A stretch of DNA of 63,590 nt, filler included, from Licmophora abbreviata (taxonomy: Eukaryota): NCBI GenBank assembly GCA_900291995.1. It is 6 parts of 6 records of this genome, joined end to end, with 100 filler letters (N's around TTAATTAATTAA, not from the genome) between each part and the next. Parts side by side here need not be neighbours in the genome. Positions count along the whole stretch, not along the records: positions 7,975 to 14,563 come from OLMU01000298.1; positions 14,664 to 24,453 come from OLMU01000300.1; 4 more parts are not named here. One strand, 5' to 3'. Position 1 is the stretch's first letter; each line of letters begins with the position of its first letter. Position numbers and translations under genes: made by a program. This document shows, piece by piece, positions 11,685-22,883 of this stretch. Below the pieces are notes generated by a model. That model saw nothing but the letters and a program-made list of their open reading frames with translations. It made no database searches and was not told where the DNA came from.

Positions 11685-14563
11685 CTATACGCGGGCGTTT
11701 CCGATTACATGTTTGGAGATATCCCTACTCAGTCCGCACGCCTTGACAGCGCTGACGAGGCTGTTGTCGACTTCTTCCCCGGAACGAACGGCGTCAGCAA
11801 CCTTGCGCAAAAGGCATGACGCTTCGTCCGTCATCTTTCGTTCCTTTGCAAGCAAGTCCAGTACAGGGCCTGTCAGGCAAGCACCCGCCACGACGAGATT
11901 CTTCACCTGTAAATCGGCGAGGGAGGATATTCATGAGATCGATAGCACCAAAAGCAGTCATAGAGCATACCGACACTTTTCTTACCTGTTGAAAGAGCAG
12001 CATAATGCTGAGTTCGAGAACAGTATCGGCATCGGTAGCCGATTCTAAAGCGCGCGTAAGCTCTTGGCGGCGTGAGAAAAGGAACTGTTTCTCGGACTTC
12101 TTGTCTAATTTCTTGAACGGCAGTCCACAAATCGATCTGCCGGCAGCAAAAAGTGGAATATGTCAGCCCAGGTAGTCAAAACCATTGCCCCTTCACAAAA
12201 CACACCCTGTAACCTCACTTACAAGCAACATCTTCCAAGAGTTCGAGCAGTCCGTCCACATCTCCTGGTCGAACATACTCCTCGCCAAACTCCGTGCGCT
12301 TGATGCCGCCGTCGTAGCATTGGCCGCCACAGTGGGTCCATGCACGAGCCAAAGATACTCCGACACCACCCGAAAGCGACTCACGCAGAGCGACGAGCGG
12401 TGGACTAGAAGCCTTGCCGCCATCTCCATCCGGACAGGACAAGAATGTCGTAGGATATCGGCGGACATCCTTCTTGAAGGGTCTACAGTATCGTGGTAGG
12501 TCGCTTTCCTCCCGTGGTTCCCCTTTCGTTGACACAAGGAATATTCCGTCTTCCACCTCGTTTTTGTATAGACAAAACTGAGTGATCCGTCCCACGAAGT
12601 CGACCCCGATCCCAGCAAGGAAGTCCTGCTTCAACTCCAGGAGAACTTCATCCTTCATGTCGCAGGTTGTCACGAAGTGTATAAACTTTGCATGTTCTTG
12701 GAGAGCAAAGCATGCAGCTGCAAAGCACGACGGGTCTTCGAATGAGCTTTCCACTGACCGAGTCTTCGCTGCTCCATCCTTGCGACTTCGAATGGATATA
12801 GCTTTCTTGGACTCTCGTAATCTCTTCAGTTCAGCCTCGATAGAACGTCGGCAGCTCGCTTGAAAGTCGTCAGTGAATACCACTTGTCGGCACACACTAT
12901 ACAAAGGCCCGTCGCTCGTCGATCCTTCGGTGTCAGTGATTTCCCAGAACGGCTCATCCTCATCGCCGACAGTAAAGACCCGGCTGTGAGCTTGCTGCAT
13001 ATCGACAAGGTCTGGATATTCTTTCGCGACGGCAGCAGCCACGACAACCAGAGGAACGGTGCCGTACTGCATGGCATCGATGGATCGGACCGATGTGTCA
13101 CCTCTCTTCCCAGTCTTCTTAGATCTTCGCTTTTCCCGGCCAGACTGCCGTCGACTCACATCGGCATCTTCTTCCACTACCACAGGAGGTGCCGGTGACG
13201 AGTCGAGTTCCTTCGCACGAAGCTTACCGTACACTTCAATTAACGCGGGGAGGATGCCTTTTGTGATGCGACGAATCATTCCCGAACTAATGAAAATGCC
13301 GTCGCCGTCGGCCGCAACAGTGACACCTGTAGCTTTTGCCGACTTTCCTTCACCAGCTTCAGCGATTCGCACAAGTGCAATCTCATTCACAATATATTTA
13401 ACATCGCCAGGGTTGGCCATGAGCTGTTGCGGGAGATGCAGACACAGGTCGACAAAGGAGCTAGCGGAGATGGCTTCCATCAACACAGCCTCTAACGGCG
13501 ACACCACGACGTCTACATTGATTACTGCAGTCTCCAGTTCTGTGGCAGAAGGCTGTGAAAATGTGAGGTGTCAGCGAAGGAGGTCTGGAGTCGCAACAAA
13601 ACGGCCACCATTGTGAAAGTCTCGTTGGAACTTACAAACAGCTTCATCACGATCGCGCCCATGTTCGATGGCAGAATACCGCGACTCTGAGACTCTGCAG
13701 CGGAGATGTAGCCATTTGCCAAAAAGAAGTCACTAATACTCTGGCGTTGAAGCGTCAGATAGATAGTGGGGATGTACATGGCTCCGGCGGAGGAGGAACC
13801 TGATTCATGGAGTTCACCTGGTAACTCTTCGCTGTCACACAAGCCGCGCAAGACGGGAAGAACAACCGCCGTGTCCCAGTGAAACGCACTGCACAATGTA
13901 TCGACCTAGAGTAGGAAGAAGACGAGGTGCGGAGAAATGTGCCACTCGGATGAGACAAAACGGCGTGTAGGGTACAATTCGAAACGTTCTGCGATCAACC
14001 TACCGATGTTGGCGACGAGCAGGCAAGGAAAGCACCGCAAACACGTCGTCGCTCTGTCTCTTCGTGATAAGTAGAAATCAAAGTTTTGGCACCAAAAAGA
14101 GTACAAAGTTTTCCAGTCAGGAGCCCCTGGTAAGCCGCTCCTCCAATGTAATAAGAGTAAAATCCATAGGGGAGCCCAAAGACCTGGGATGCTAGCTCGG
14201 AGACAGATACCTGTCCTTGAATAACGATCCGAGCATTCACGTCTCGTTCGACCAGCTCGTCGATGTACCGAGATGTCATCCACTCATCGCCGACGTGCAG
14301 CACGTCTGGCATATCGCTTTCGGTTTGTTGAATGACAGATTCGGGCACCCCCATGACTGTCGCTGCGTCACTCGTCGACAGTCTTCCCAGCATCAATAGC
14401 TCCGAATTGAAAAGGTCAACAAACTTTTGTTTGGTCAAGTACCGTCCATCTCTTGTTGGAATCATGCGACAAGATAGATCCGCTGACTGGTATAGTGGTG
14501 GAGTCTCAGCTTGCGAAGCAATCATGTCTTCAAGAGATCCTCCCGTTATCTCTTGCAGCGGCT
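11685..14563 (-). CDS. UFL1: E3 UFM1-protein ligase 1, multi-exon, 5' end at or in the gap
   Basis: IPTRDGRYLT...ELLMLGRLS (N-terminal UFL1 motif), GAMYIPTIYLTLQRQSISDFFLANGYI, and C-terminal ICGLPFKKLDKKSEKQFLFSRRQEL...MLLFQQ. Four GT-AG introns join the ORF pieces. Confidence 0.8.
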
Positions 14564-14663
14564 NNNNNNNNNNNNNNNNNNNNNNNNNNNNNNNNNNNNN
14601 NNNNNNNTTAATTAATTAANNNNNNNNNNNNNNNNNNNNNNNNNNNNNNNNNNNNNNNNNNNN
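14564..14663. other. Assembly gap with TTAATTAATTAA linker
   Basis: 100-nt N/linker/N block. Confidence 0.97.
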
Positions 14664-14981
14664 GTGCAGGTAAAGTGGTAGGACGAAAGATAGTCGAGTT
14701 GATAGTCAATATACTGTGATAACGACAACGGCGCATGCCCGCGCCGTGCCGTCGCGGTCATGCCGCCGTACGGTGATGCTTCTGTCTGTCGCCCGTACTG
14801 ATGATATTTCTCCCGCGTTTTGCGTCGCACAATATTTTGGATGGCGGCGACGATGACAACACGGCCATGGCGCAGAGCACAGCTTTTTTTGGAATGACGG
14901 ACCAATAACAACGCCTTCTGGTAGCTCTCCTATTCTATACATTGTGTTGGTCCACAGGGTGTCGGCTGCGCATCGATCGCA

Positions 14982-15476
14982 ATGGAGACGCTTCCAGATG
15001 AGTCGGATATGCCCAATCTCGTCACTAACCAAGAGGTGATGCAGCTCTTGGCAGAACAGCTACAGTCTCGGAAGGAAGAGAAGAAAGATCATCGACAGAA
15101 GGCTAATCCGAGAGTCCGACAACGTGATTGGATTGAAGACCAGGTGCAGGGATACTTGAAACAAGTCACCCCTCCGACTAAACCCGACCTAACTCCATTG
15201 GTGCGGCAGCTAAGAGATGAATACAAGCTGACGAATGCCGAGATTTTGCAGTTGGTAAATTTTCTTCCCACAGAATTGGTCGAATTGCACATGATTATCC
15301 AAGACTTACCTTCGCGGTTGTCCGATGAGCAAGAGCAGAGTCTACTCAAACTGATTGCAACGTTTCGGTCCCAGCCTGGCGATACAACTGAACTGGTGGG
15401 GACCTTGAACGAAGATACAAATATGGGAGACACAAAGCCATCGGCTCGTAATGAGAATGAAGAATCCCATCGTTAG
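14982..15476 (+). CDS. RPC9: RNA polymerase III subunit RPC9/C17 (Rpb4 family)
   Basis: LVTNQEVMQLL...VQGYL...YKLTNAEILQLVNFLPTELVELHMIIQDLPSRLSDEQ matches the Rpb4/RPC9 HRDC-like pattern. Confidence 0.85.
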   Translation: METLPDESDMPNLVTNQEVMQLLAEQLQSRKEEKKDHRQKANPRVRQRDWIEDQVQGYLKQVTPPTKPDLTPLVRQLRDEYKLTNAEILQLVNFLPTELVELHMIIQDLPSRLSDEQEQSLLKLIATFRSQPGDTTELVGTLNEDTNMGDTKPSARNENEESHR

Positions 15477-15982
15477 CAGATGCAGGATGAATCGCCATCA
15501 AAATGGAGTAAGCGTCCACTCGTTCGCCTTAGACATCATCAGTCGCGATCGAGTCATGCCGCCGAGGCATATCGTAGTGAACCCGATCCATCATGGTGCC
15601 CAACTGGACTAAGTTAAGCTATAGGTTGCTAACGTGTTCGATCGGATATAGTATCACAGAGAGGATAACAAGAGGCTCTCTCTCTTTCTCTCGATCACAT
15701 ATCTCTCTCCGTGTGTGGCCTCGCATCCGCGATTAAGGTGCTAGATGGATAGAGCTCGTGTATAGAATCTGTCGTAAAACGCTACTTCCTTCTTGTACCA
15801 TGATCTTTCATGCATCGAAGCTCGAGGTCGTCGAAAAATTCGATCCATTTTTCTTGGTCGCCACAAAATTGGATCAGGCTCAACAACAAAAGCATTGCCA
15901 GGACCATTGGAAGTTTTCGTTCTTTATTCATTTAAGCAATCAGGACGGTCGTGAGCATTGAATTCAGATTTCGGCAGGAAGA

Positions 15983-18664
15983 ATGAACCTCGACGACGAA
16001 GGAGAAGATTTGATTCAAGACGATGGGGTCCAACACCCTGTCGAAAACGACCCTCCGGCAGCAGCACGACCCGCGGAAGGCGACAACGATGACGAGCATG
16101 TCGACCGTTCGTCCTTTGAAACTCTCATACAACGAATTACCAGTCTAATCCCAGAATTTTCGTGGGCCGGAATGCCACGCAGAGAGCGCGACCGAGCCGG
16201 TCATCTCCTGGAAGCCAGCAATGGCGATGTAGATGTTGCGGCTAGTTTGTACTGGGAACATTATGTTGTCTCCAGGAATGCCCACGACGCGATGCAAGAA
16301 GTGGCTCCTGCTGAGGACGATCGCCCGCGGCGCGAGAACCATGAGCAAGGAACTGGACGTCGTGTCCGTCGTCGTGCGGACAGCGATGACGATCAGCCTC
16401 GTCGTGAGGACAGGGACGCTCCGCGCTGGTTGCGGGTGCGTCAGCCAGACAACCAGCAGCATGATGAGGACCGACACTCCTCGAGCGGCGAAGAAGATGA
16501 TGGTGACGACGAAGCAGAGGAGGGTGAACAGCCCGAGATGGTACCCCAGGAGGGGGCGGCTGAACAGGAACGACGACACGAAGAAACTGTGTCCGTGTCT
16601 GACGACGAGATCGATGGGGTGCGAGATGCGAGCGCTATTCGACCACAGGCTATTGAGATGCGAGGGCGACACCCTCTCGGTAGGACTGAAAACCGTCAAT
16701 TATCAGGGGAAGGTGAAGTCTCACGCACGGAGCCTGCTATGGCTGGGAAGAAAGAGGAATCTAACGACGAGGACGACGAGGACTACTTGAGCGACTCAGA
16801 CTGGATCCTCAAGGACGACCATCTTCCCACTCCGCTTCAACCTCCACTGGCTGTTCTATGGGGTCGACCACATCTCCCACCGCAAGAGAAGCCTCGTGCC
16901 CACTCTCCACCTGAAAGTCCTGCTCGTCCTGACAACATCGTTGCTGCAGAAGATGGAGAAGAGGACGAAGTCGACCACGACGTCGACGAATCTCCCAATG
17001 AGGAAGAGGGTGTCGTACCTCCCCCACGCGCAAAGATCCCGAGGACATGGCTGAATGCTGGCTTCAACGCGTCGTCTTGTGCCACAGGACTCGTTGCCAA
17101 GCCGCCTCCTGACGAAGAGATAACACTATTTCGATGGCGCCAGTCTCAGAATATGAACGGATCCCACATGCCTCCACCGTATCACTGTCGTGGCATGACG
17201 GCACTTCTGTCTGTCGTTACAGCACTGCTTTACAGTGGTGTGTCTTTGCAGGGAAAGAGTTTGAACGACAGGGCTGACAGGAAGTCGTTCGTAGATTTGT
17301 CGGAAGAAGAACGAAAGCGTGAATTCGAGCCTCGGCTCGCCGATGTGTTCACGTCGCTTCTATTTCTTGCGGCGTCCGTTTCAACGAATCGGAAGAAGCG
17401 CGGTCTTGCCAAGAGTGAAGCTGATGTCGATTTTTCGGGTGTGGACGATCTAGAGCCGTACGAAAAGGCGGCAAAGCAGAGGCGTGATCAGTTGATCCGT
17501 CGTCGTCTACAGCTTTGCCCTACATGTCGCTGGGAGGATGACGCAACAGGGGAAAGCGACGTATCCGAAGCTCGTGACATTCGAATCGCCACATCGTACA
17601 CGTGCACTGACGACCTTCGCTCATATGTGCTCAGCAATATGCGAGCTTTCACGTCACGAGGCGGCTGTGCGTTATTCTTGGAGACCATTGTTCGCATTCA
17701 CGGAGATTCCTGCGTGGAACGCATGCTTCGGCGCGCGCGCCTCGATGCCAAGAAGGACAACCCAATGGTCTCGCTCATCGACTGCTCGTGCAAAGAACGA
17801 CAGAAGCATATGCCAGTGCCAAAGAACACAAATTCTTCCTACCGCGAACTGTTCGACACGACGCCCCCGGGCCATGGTTGTGTGTCGATTGAGCTCGTGA
17901 GTCTGCTTCTTACTGGCACGGTCCGTTCCTCGTTCAAGGATTGGTCCACGGGTGGACTTGGTATTGGTATCCTGTCAAACCAGCGTGCCGTGATTGGTAA
18001 GTCTCTGATGTGTGCGAGTAAACCTGTCTGGGTAGTTCGCGGAGAAACATGCTACTCTGCGTTGTGGCACGATGGGCATACAGAAAAGGTGGAAGCGTCG
18101 GAGATAGACACCCCCGGCGCAGTTCTCCATCTGGTGCATTGGAACTGCTGGTACGGTCAACGCAACAAATCAGATATCCGAATAATCACGGCACGAAAGG
18201 AATGGACGCCGCCTACAGCTCGCAAGATGGACTCTAGATGGACGGAGAAGAAGACGATCACAGAGTCGATTCTTCAACGCAGAAGAAATCAAATCTCGAA
18301 TGTGGTGAGATCTGACGAGCACGGTGACAGCGACAAGCTCGAAAACAACGCGATCATGGACGAAGAAATTGCTGCAGTGGAAGTCAACCAAGAGGATATG
18401 AAACTATACCCAGACACGTATCGCCATTGGCGCTTTAGCATGGGGACAAAGACAACACCATCCTCGGATGCAGATGGCGACAAGAAGATGCCCGCCGTGG
18501 GGAGCGACACTGTGCAGTGGATCCCTTACTTTCGCTTGGACACCCGGCAGAGACTGATTGTTGAAATGAAACTATCCTCCAAAATCAATCGCATTCTTTG
18601 GACTCGTTGGCCGGGGGCCACAGTGGACAGTATCGAGCCGAGCACTCCAGAACCGATTGTGTAG
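15983..18664 (+). CDS. UBA-like + acidic linker + divergent MINDY-3/4-like (DUF4205) deubiquitinase domain
   Basis: N-terminal RAGHLLEASNGDVDVAASLYW (UBA-like). C-terminal GGCALFLETIVRIHG, HGCVSIELVSLLLTG, IGILS...IGKSL...KPVWVVRGETCYSALW resemble MINDY3/4 blocks. Confidence 0.65.
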   Translation: MNLDDEGEDLIQDDGVQHPVENDPPAAARPAEGDNDDEHVDRSSFETLIQRITSLIPEFSWAGMPRRERDRAGHLLEASNGDVDVAASLYWEHYVVSRNAHDAMQEVAPAEDDRPRRENHEQGTGRRVRRRADSDDDQPRREDRDAPRWLRVRQPDNQQHDEDRHSSSGEEDDGDDEAEEGEQPEMVPQEGAAEQERRHEETVSVSDDEIDGVRDASAIRPQAIEMRGRHPLGRTENRQLSGEGEVSRTEPAMAGKKEESNDEDDEDYLSDSDWILKDDHLPTPLQPPLAVLWGRPHLPPQEKPRAHSPPESPARPDNIVAAEDGEEDEVDHDVDESPNEEEGVVPPPRAKIPRTWLNAGFNASSCATGLVAKPPPDEEITLFRWRQSQNMNGSHMPPPYHCRGMTALLSVVTALLYSGVSLQGKSLNDRADRKSFVDLSEEERKREFEPRLADVFTSLLFLAASVSTNRKKRGLAKSEADVDFSGVDDLEPYEKAAKQRRDQLIRRRLQLCPTCRWEDDATGESDVSEARDIRIATSYTCTDDLRSYVLSNMRAFTSRGGCALFLETIVRIHGDSCVERMLRRARLDAKKDNPMVSLIDCSCKERQKHMPVPKNTNSSYRELFDTTPPGHGCVSIELVSLLLTGTVRSSFKDWSTGGLGIGILSNQRAVIGKSLMCASKPVWVVRGETCYSALWHDGHTEKVEASEIDTPGAVLHLVHWNCWYGQRNKSDIRIITARKEWTPPTARKMDSRWTEKKTITESILQRRRNQISNVVRSDEHGDSDKLENNAIMDEEIAAVEVNQEDMKLYPDTYRHWRFSMGTKTTPSSDADGDKKMPAVGSDTVQWIPYFRLDTRQRLIVEMKLSSKINRILWTRWPGATVDSIEPSTPEPIV

Positions 18665-18711
18665 TAGCTCGTCGATGTGATTGAAACTGTCCCGCTATTC
18701 TACAGTTTTTT

Positions 18712-19485
18712 TTAGCGTATCCTCTGTCTTTTTTCCCACTTTTCAATGTTGTCCTCATTGCTTCGTCTTATCACCCTTGCCATCGCCTGGTCCGTGTAAC
18801 CGGTGTGCAGAGCGAGTGAGTTTGAGACATTCGCTTGAGCTGAGAGCAATTGCGTAGCAATACCGGAGAGAATCGAATCGCTTAGACTCACCTTTCTTCC
18901 AATATACTTTGCTTGCTCATCTTCCAGTCGACCTCTGTACATCTCATTCCATATTTGATCGTTCGCGCCCAACGTCAAGGAGACCCCCTCTCCCACGACA
19001 AACGACGAACACGTCAGGACGTAGCCTGCCTCCGTGACTTGTTGACTCATGAAGGGCGACAATCCGTCTTGCTCTTGCTTCAAACTCGATTTCTGCGATC
19101 CCTCCGAATGTCGTCCAGTACACGTCAGACAGTTTCCTCTCCGACAGTCACTCGGGAGTGCAGGAAAGGCCAGCCGATGCGCCACTTGGGCACGCTCCAT
19201 GGCATCCAAAAGAGACTCGTCGAGCGGAACGTGTACCTGACACGAGCGTCCTTCGTAGGATACCTCCACAGAGTATCCCTCTACCACTGGCGATTCATCG
19301 TGACTTTCGGACATGGAAATGATCTTCCCAGTCTCTCGTCTTCTGGAAGTGTAAGCCGACGAGACAAACGCGTCTGTGGACAGACAGAATGCCGATGTCG
19401 TCATCAACATCATCGACACAAAAAAAGACTTGTGTGTCACTCTGGCAAGCCATGAGCCTGTTTTTTCCACACTTTCTGATTCCAT
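18712..19485 (-). CDS. Plastid-targeted 2Fe-2S ferredoxin-like protein with C-terminal extension; in-frame intron 18787-18891
   Basis: LPSDCRRGNCLTC...GYVLTC ligand set; presequence FFVSMMLMTTSAFCLSTDAF; GTGAGT...CCAG 105-nt intron. Start codon uncertain. Confidence 0.85.
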   Translation of the reverse strand: MESESVEKTGSWLARVTHKSFFVSMMLMTTSAFCLSTDAFVSSAYTSRRRETGKIISMSESHDESPVVEGYSVEVSYEGRSCQVHVPLDESLLDAMERAQVAHRLAFPALPSDCRRGNCLTCTGRHSEGSQKSSLKQEQDGLSPFMSQQVTEAGYVLTCSSFVVGEGVSLTLGANDQIWNEMYRGRLEDEQAKYIGRKVSLSDSILSGIATQLLSAQANVSNSLALHTGYTDQAMARVIRRSNEDNIEKWEKRQRIR

Positions 19486-19636
19486 CCTATTTGGGTTGAT
19501 TCTGTCCGATATAGGGACACGTCGTAACGTGCGGGGGCCCTCCGAAGACCGCCGTCGCATCAACATGGTTCCCTCACTCTCGGTTGAAGTGGATGGATGG
19601 ATGGATGGACAATGCATCACATTACTAACGCGTGGT

Positions 19637-19655
19637 ATGACGTCATGCTACGTCA
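19637..19655. promoter_or_regulatory. ATGACGTCAT palindrome plus adjacent TACGTCA half-site (CRE/bZIP, aureochrome-type box) in a bidirectional promoter
   Basis: Perfect 10-bp palindrome at 19637-19646 between two divergent plastid-protein genes. Confidence 0.4.
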
Positions 19656-19721
19656 TAAGACGCTGTGTTGATTTCTGTGATGACCTTTCGACCTTTCACT
19701 TTGTCTTTTGTTGATGGCACC

Positions 19722-21138
19722 ATGATGCGAAGCAGTATCTTTGCGACGGCGACGCTCCTGCTTTTAATTCTTCTCCACAATGTTCATGGGTGGAGTGCAG
19801 CTCCGTTCGGGGGCACAAGTGAAGCAGCAACGACTTCGCCATTGGCGCTGTGGGCCAAGGCGACCAAAAAGCGAAAATCGAATCGGGGAGTATCGTCGTC
19901 GTCACGCGGTGGATTTGGCAGAATCGAGGAATCATCGGCCAACGTGAAAGAAGACGACGACGACTATGCTGCGTTTCCAGCGCTGGAACCCAATGTGCAA
20001 GAAACCATAGTTCGATTCCAGGGAGAGCACGATGGAGGTGATTTGCCTGACGAAATCTATGATAGATTGGAGCAAATCTATGGCTTTGCAAACTTCAACA
20101 GCTTGTCTGCCGGTGAAGAGCAAAAAGAAAACAAAGAGGGCGATCAGATGATGTCATTTAGTGATCTTCTTACGACTTCAGCGGGAGAAGAACCAAAGTC
20201 AGGGTTCGACGATCTTCTGAAAAAGCCAACGGTACCGTCTTCCGACTTTAGCGACTTGCTCTCTGCTGCTACCGGCGGCGACGTACCACTGGACACTTCA
20301 GCAGCTCGAACGAGATCCACCAACTTGCCTCTGTCGGGAATTCCGCCCTTTAAAAAGTTTGACGTGTTGAACGTGGATCCGCTTGCGATTTCGATCCATG
20401 AGTTCTTCACACCCGAAGAATGCGATAGGTACATTTCCATGTCAGAGAATGCATCCAGGGAGGAAGGTCCATTGGAAGTTCGCTCCAAGACAGTGGGAAA
20501 AGATTCTTCGGCCAAGGCACAGCGCACCAGTACGACATGGTTTCATTATTTTCGGAGGGTGCCAGAGCTAATGGCGAAAGCATCGCGTCTGTTGGGGCTA
20601 GACGGAATTGATTGCTGGGAAGAACCCCAGACAGTGAGGTAGGTGATCTGATCGCTCGCTCGCTCGCTCGTTCATACTTGACTTTTCTCTACATTAATCC
20701 AATACCGATTATTTGCACTTCTACAGATATCGGCGCAAAGAAAAATTCACGTGGCATCTGGATGCTCTAGCACCGTCGGAAGAGCTGTCGGAAAAGGGTG
20801 GACAACGAATAGCCACCCTGTTGGTGTATCTGACTGACTTGACGGAGTCGGATGGCGGTGCCACCATGTTTCGTGACCTCGGTGGATCGGAGGGACCTCT
20901 ACGTGTACGACCAAAGAAGGGATCAGCGCTGGTGTTCTTTCCATCTGCAGGTGGAATCCCCAATGCGCCATTGGACATTCGAACGTTGCACAGTGGAGAG
21001 GCCGTTGCGGAGGATGCTTCAAACGACAAGTGGATTGCTCAACTTTGGTTGCGAGAACGCAACTATGCTCCGACGGCTCCTATTGGAAACACGCACGAAG
21101 CGGCATATGACGTGATTTCAGATTTTTGCAGGCAATGA
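19722..21138 (+). CDS. Prolyl 4-hydroxylase-like 2OG-Fe(II) dioxygenase, secretory/plastid presequence; intron 20639-20726
   Basis: IHEFFTPEECD, QRTSTTW, EEPQTVRY, FTWHLDA (HxD), GGQRIATLLVYL, GGATMF, RTLHSGE, KWIAQLW. Confidence 0.9.
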
Positions 21139-21223
21139 AGCATTGGAACTTGTTAAAACTTTCAATCTCTACTAGTTGCAATTGTTTGCATTCCCCCAGT
21201 TCCAGGCCACTGCGTTGCTGGCT

Positions 21224-22443
21224 CTACATTTTTGAATTTGGGCCGAAGCCCTCTAAAACTGAATCCCGAAGCGATCGCAGTATACCAGGGCGACGAAAGA
21301 TTCCCATACTAACGCGCCGTCGCTCTTGCTCTGCTTTGTTCACTGGCGTATCCGGATATGAAACGATGTGACGAAGCCCATGTCGTCCTGTCTGTGCCGA
21401 CTCTATGCCCTTACTTTGAGCTACATCACTGAACACGAGCTCATCATTATCCAGAAGCTTTTTCGAACAACGTTCTACATGACGACTCATGGTCTCTTCT
21501 GTTAGTGGCTGTCGAGCAGTCAATGCAAGAAACAAGCAGTGTAAGTAATTGTCGCAAGATAAAGGAAAGAGACACACTCGCAAACCGTACCCCTGAGTTT
21601 GACGCAAAATCTTTCCCGCAGATTGGACAGCGAAACTTGATGGTTTCGCCGGGTCTTCCCGACCTCGATCGCAATCTCGACCTTCGTCCCGGGGTTTCGT
21701 TCGTATCGTCCTCCTCCTGTGCGGGCTTCACCACAAGGCACTGCTCTAGATCCACGGGCGTCGCAGGCATTCCCATCAGCAAGGTCTCCTTTTTGCTTCG
21801 CGGAGGCTTCTTCCACCATTTCTGCCGTAACAAGTGAGTGTCGGGAAGCGAACAAACATATACCGCGGCGTCCTGAAGCACTTCACGTTGCTCCGTGTCA
21901 GCTGTGTGAGCATCAATACTGCTACTGCTCGGAACGGTACTGCTAGTCGTCGAAAGGGAGGATCTTGATAATACACCTTTGCGTTTCTTGCTCATTGAGA
22001 GAGCATTGTCACGGGACCCTGACTTTCGTTGTGACTGCTGGGGACAAGCGGCTGACTTTTTCGCTGCATGGTAAACATTGGCGGGCTGTACATTGGAGGG
22101 CTGTCTAGAGCCAAGAGTATCGACCGCTGTCCTCTGTGTAGCATTGTCGCCCAAACCCTTCTCCGGAGTATTCGGTTTCTTTGCCGTCGCTGAACATTTC
22201 AATATGTGCTGCAGAATCAATTCTTCCTGCTCGTCGTCGTCGAGGTGTAGCTGTGTGTTTTTGTACCAGTCCGCCACAAGAGGAGTGAGACGCCTCGAGT
22301 GTACACAAGCAGTCACAACATGTATCTACCAATAGGAAGTCACTTACATGAATGTGCATAACCTCATTGCACGCAGGACATATTCCAGCAGAGGCGTGTG
22401 TCTTGCTTCGCTTCGAACGCCGCTGCTGCGTTACGAAGTCCAT
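21224..22443 (-). CDS. Protein with two CxxC...H...C (UBZ4/Rad18-like) zinc fingers; introns 22251-22347 and 21509-21590
   Basis: Splicing gives CPACNEVMHIH|LHLDDDEQEELILQHILKC and CPICGKDFASNSG|PLTEETMSRHVERC; low-complexity linker with basic NLS-like KKRK. Confidence 0.55.
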
Positions 22444-22883
22444 CGCGTCTACAATTACTACTACTGGAGTGGTTGCGACGTCGAATCATTCGAACAGAAC
22501 GACGACCCGCAATTTCCCTATCGTTCTCTCACGCTCCAGCACTAGTGTCCCATTGCAAACTTCCTTTGTGGCAGGCGCAGTCCAAGGAGGAGCAGTAAGG
22601 CGTCCAAGTTGGGTCGCGGCTCACAGTCTCCCGTGGCGTGGTCGTCGCCAAACCGCGTCATGCGTCATCATGTGTTTTCAGTTTGTGTCCAAACGAACAT
22701 TTTAAAAATTGTTTTTCGACAAATCCATGAATGTCGTTGTGACATAGTTTTGATTATGGCCTGCTGCACTAAGACATGGCACAGAGGTACAAGAACATCC
22801 AATGATGACAATGTTTGTGGATGTGCCGTTCTTCCGATGGACATCACTGCGTGCATCTCAAGAACATTGCTATTCTCTATAGG

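Noticed and set aside
14664..14911. Possible first exon of UFL1 after the gap
   Set aside because: No UFL1-like sequence recognisable in any minus-strand frame; more likely promoter/UTR shared with RPC9.
20653..20670. (CGCT)n tract; also (TGGA)n near 19590-19608, CT-rich tract near 15676-15709 and (GT)n near 50680-50692
   Set aside because: Short simple-sequence repeats in introns or intergenic DNA; no spacer structure, so not CRISPR or mobile-element ends.
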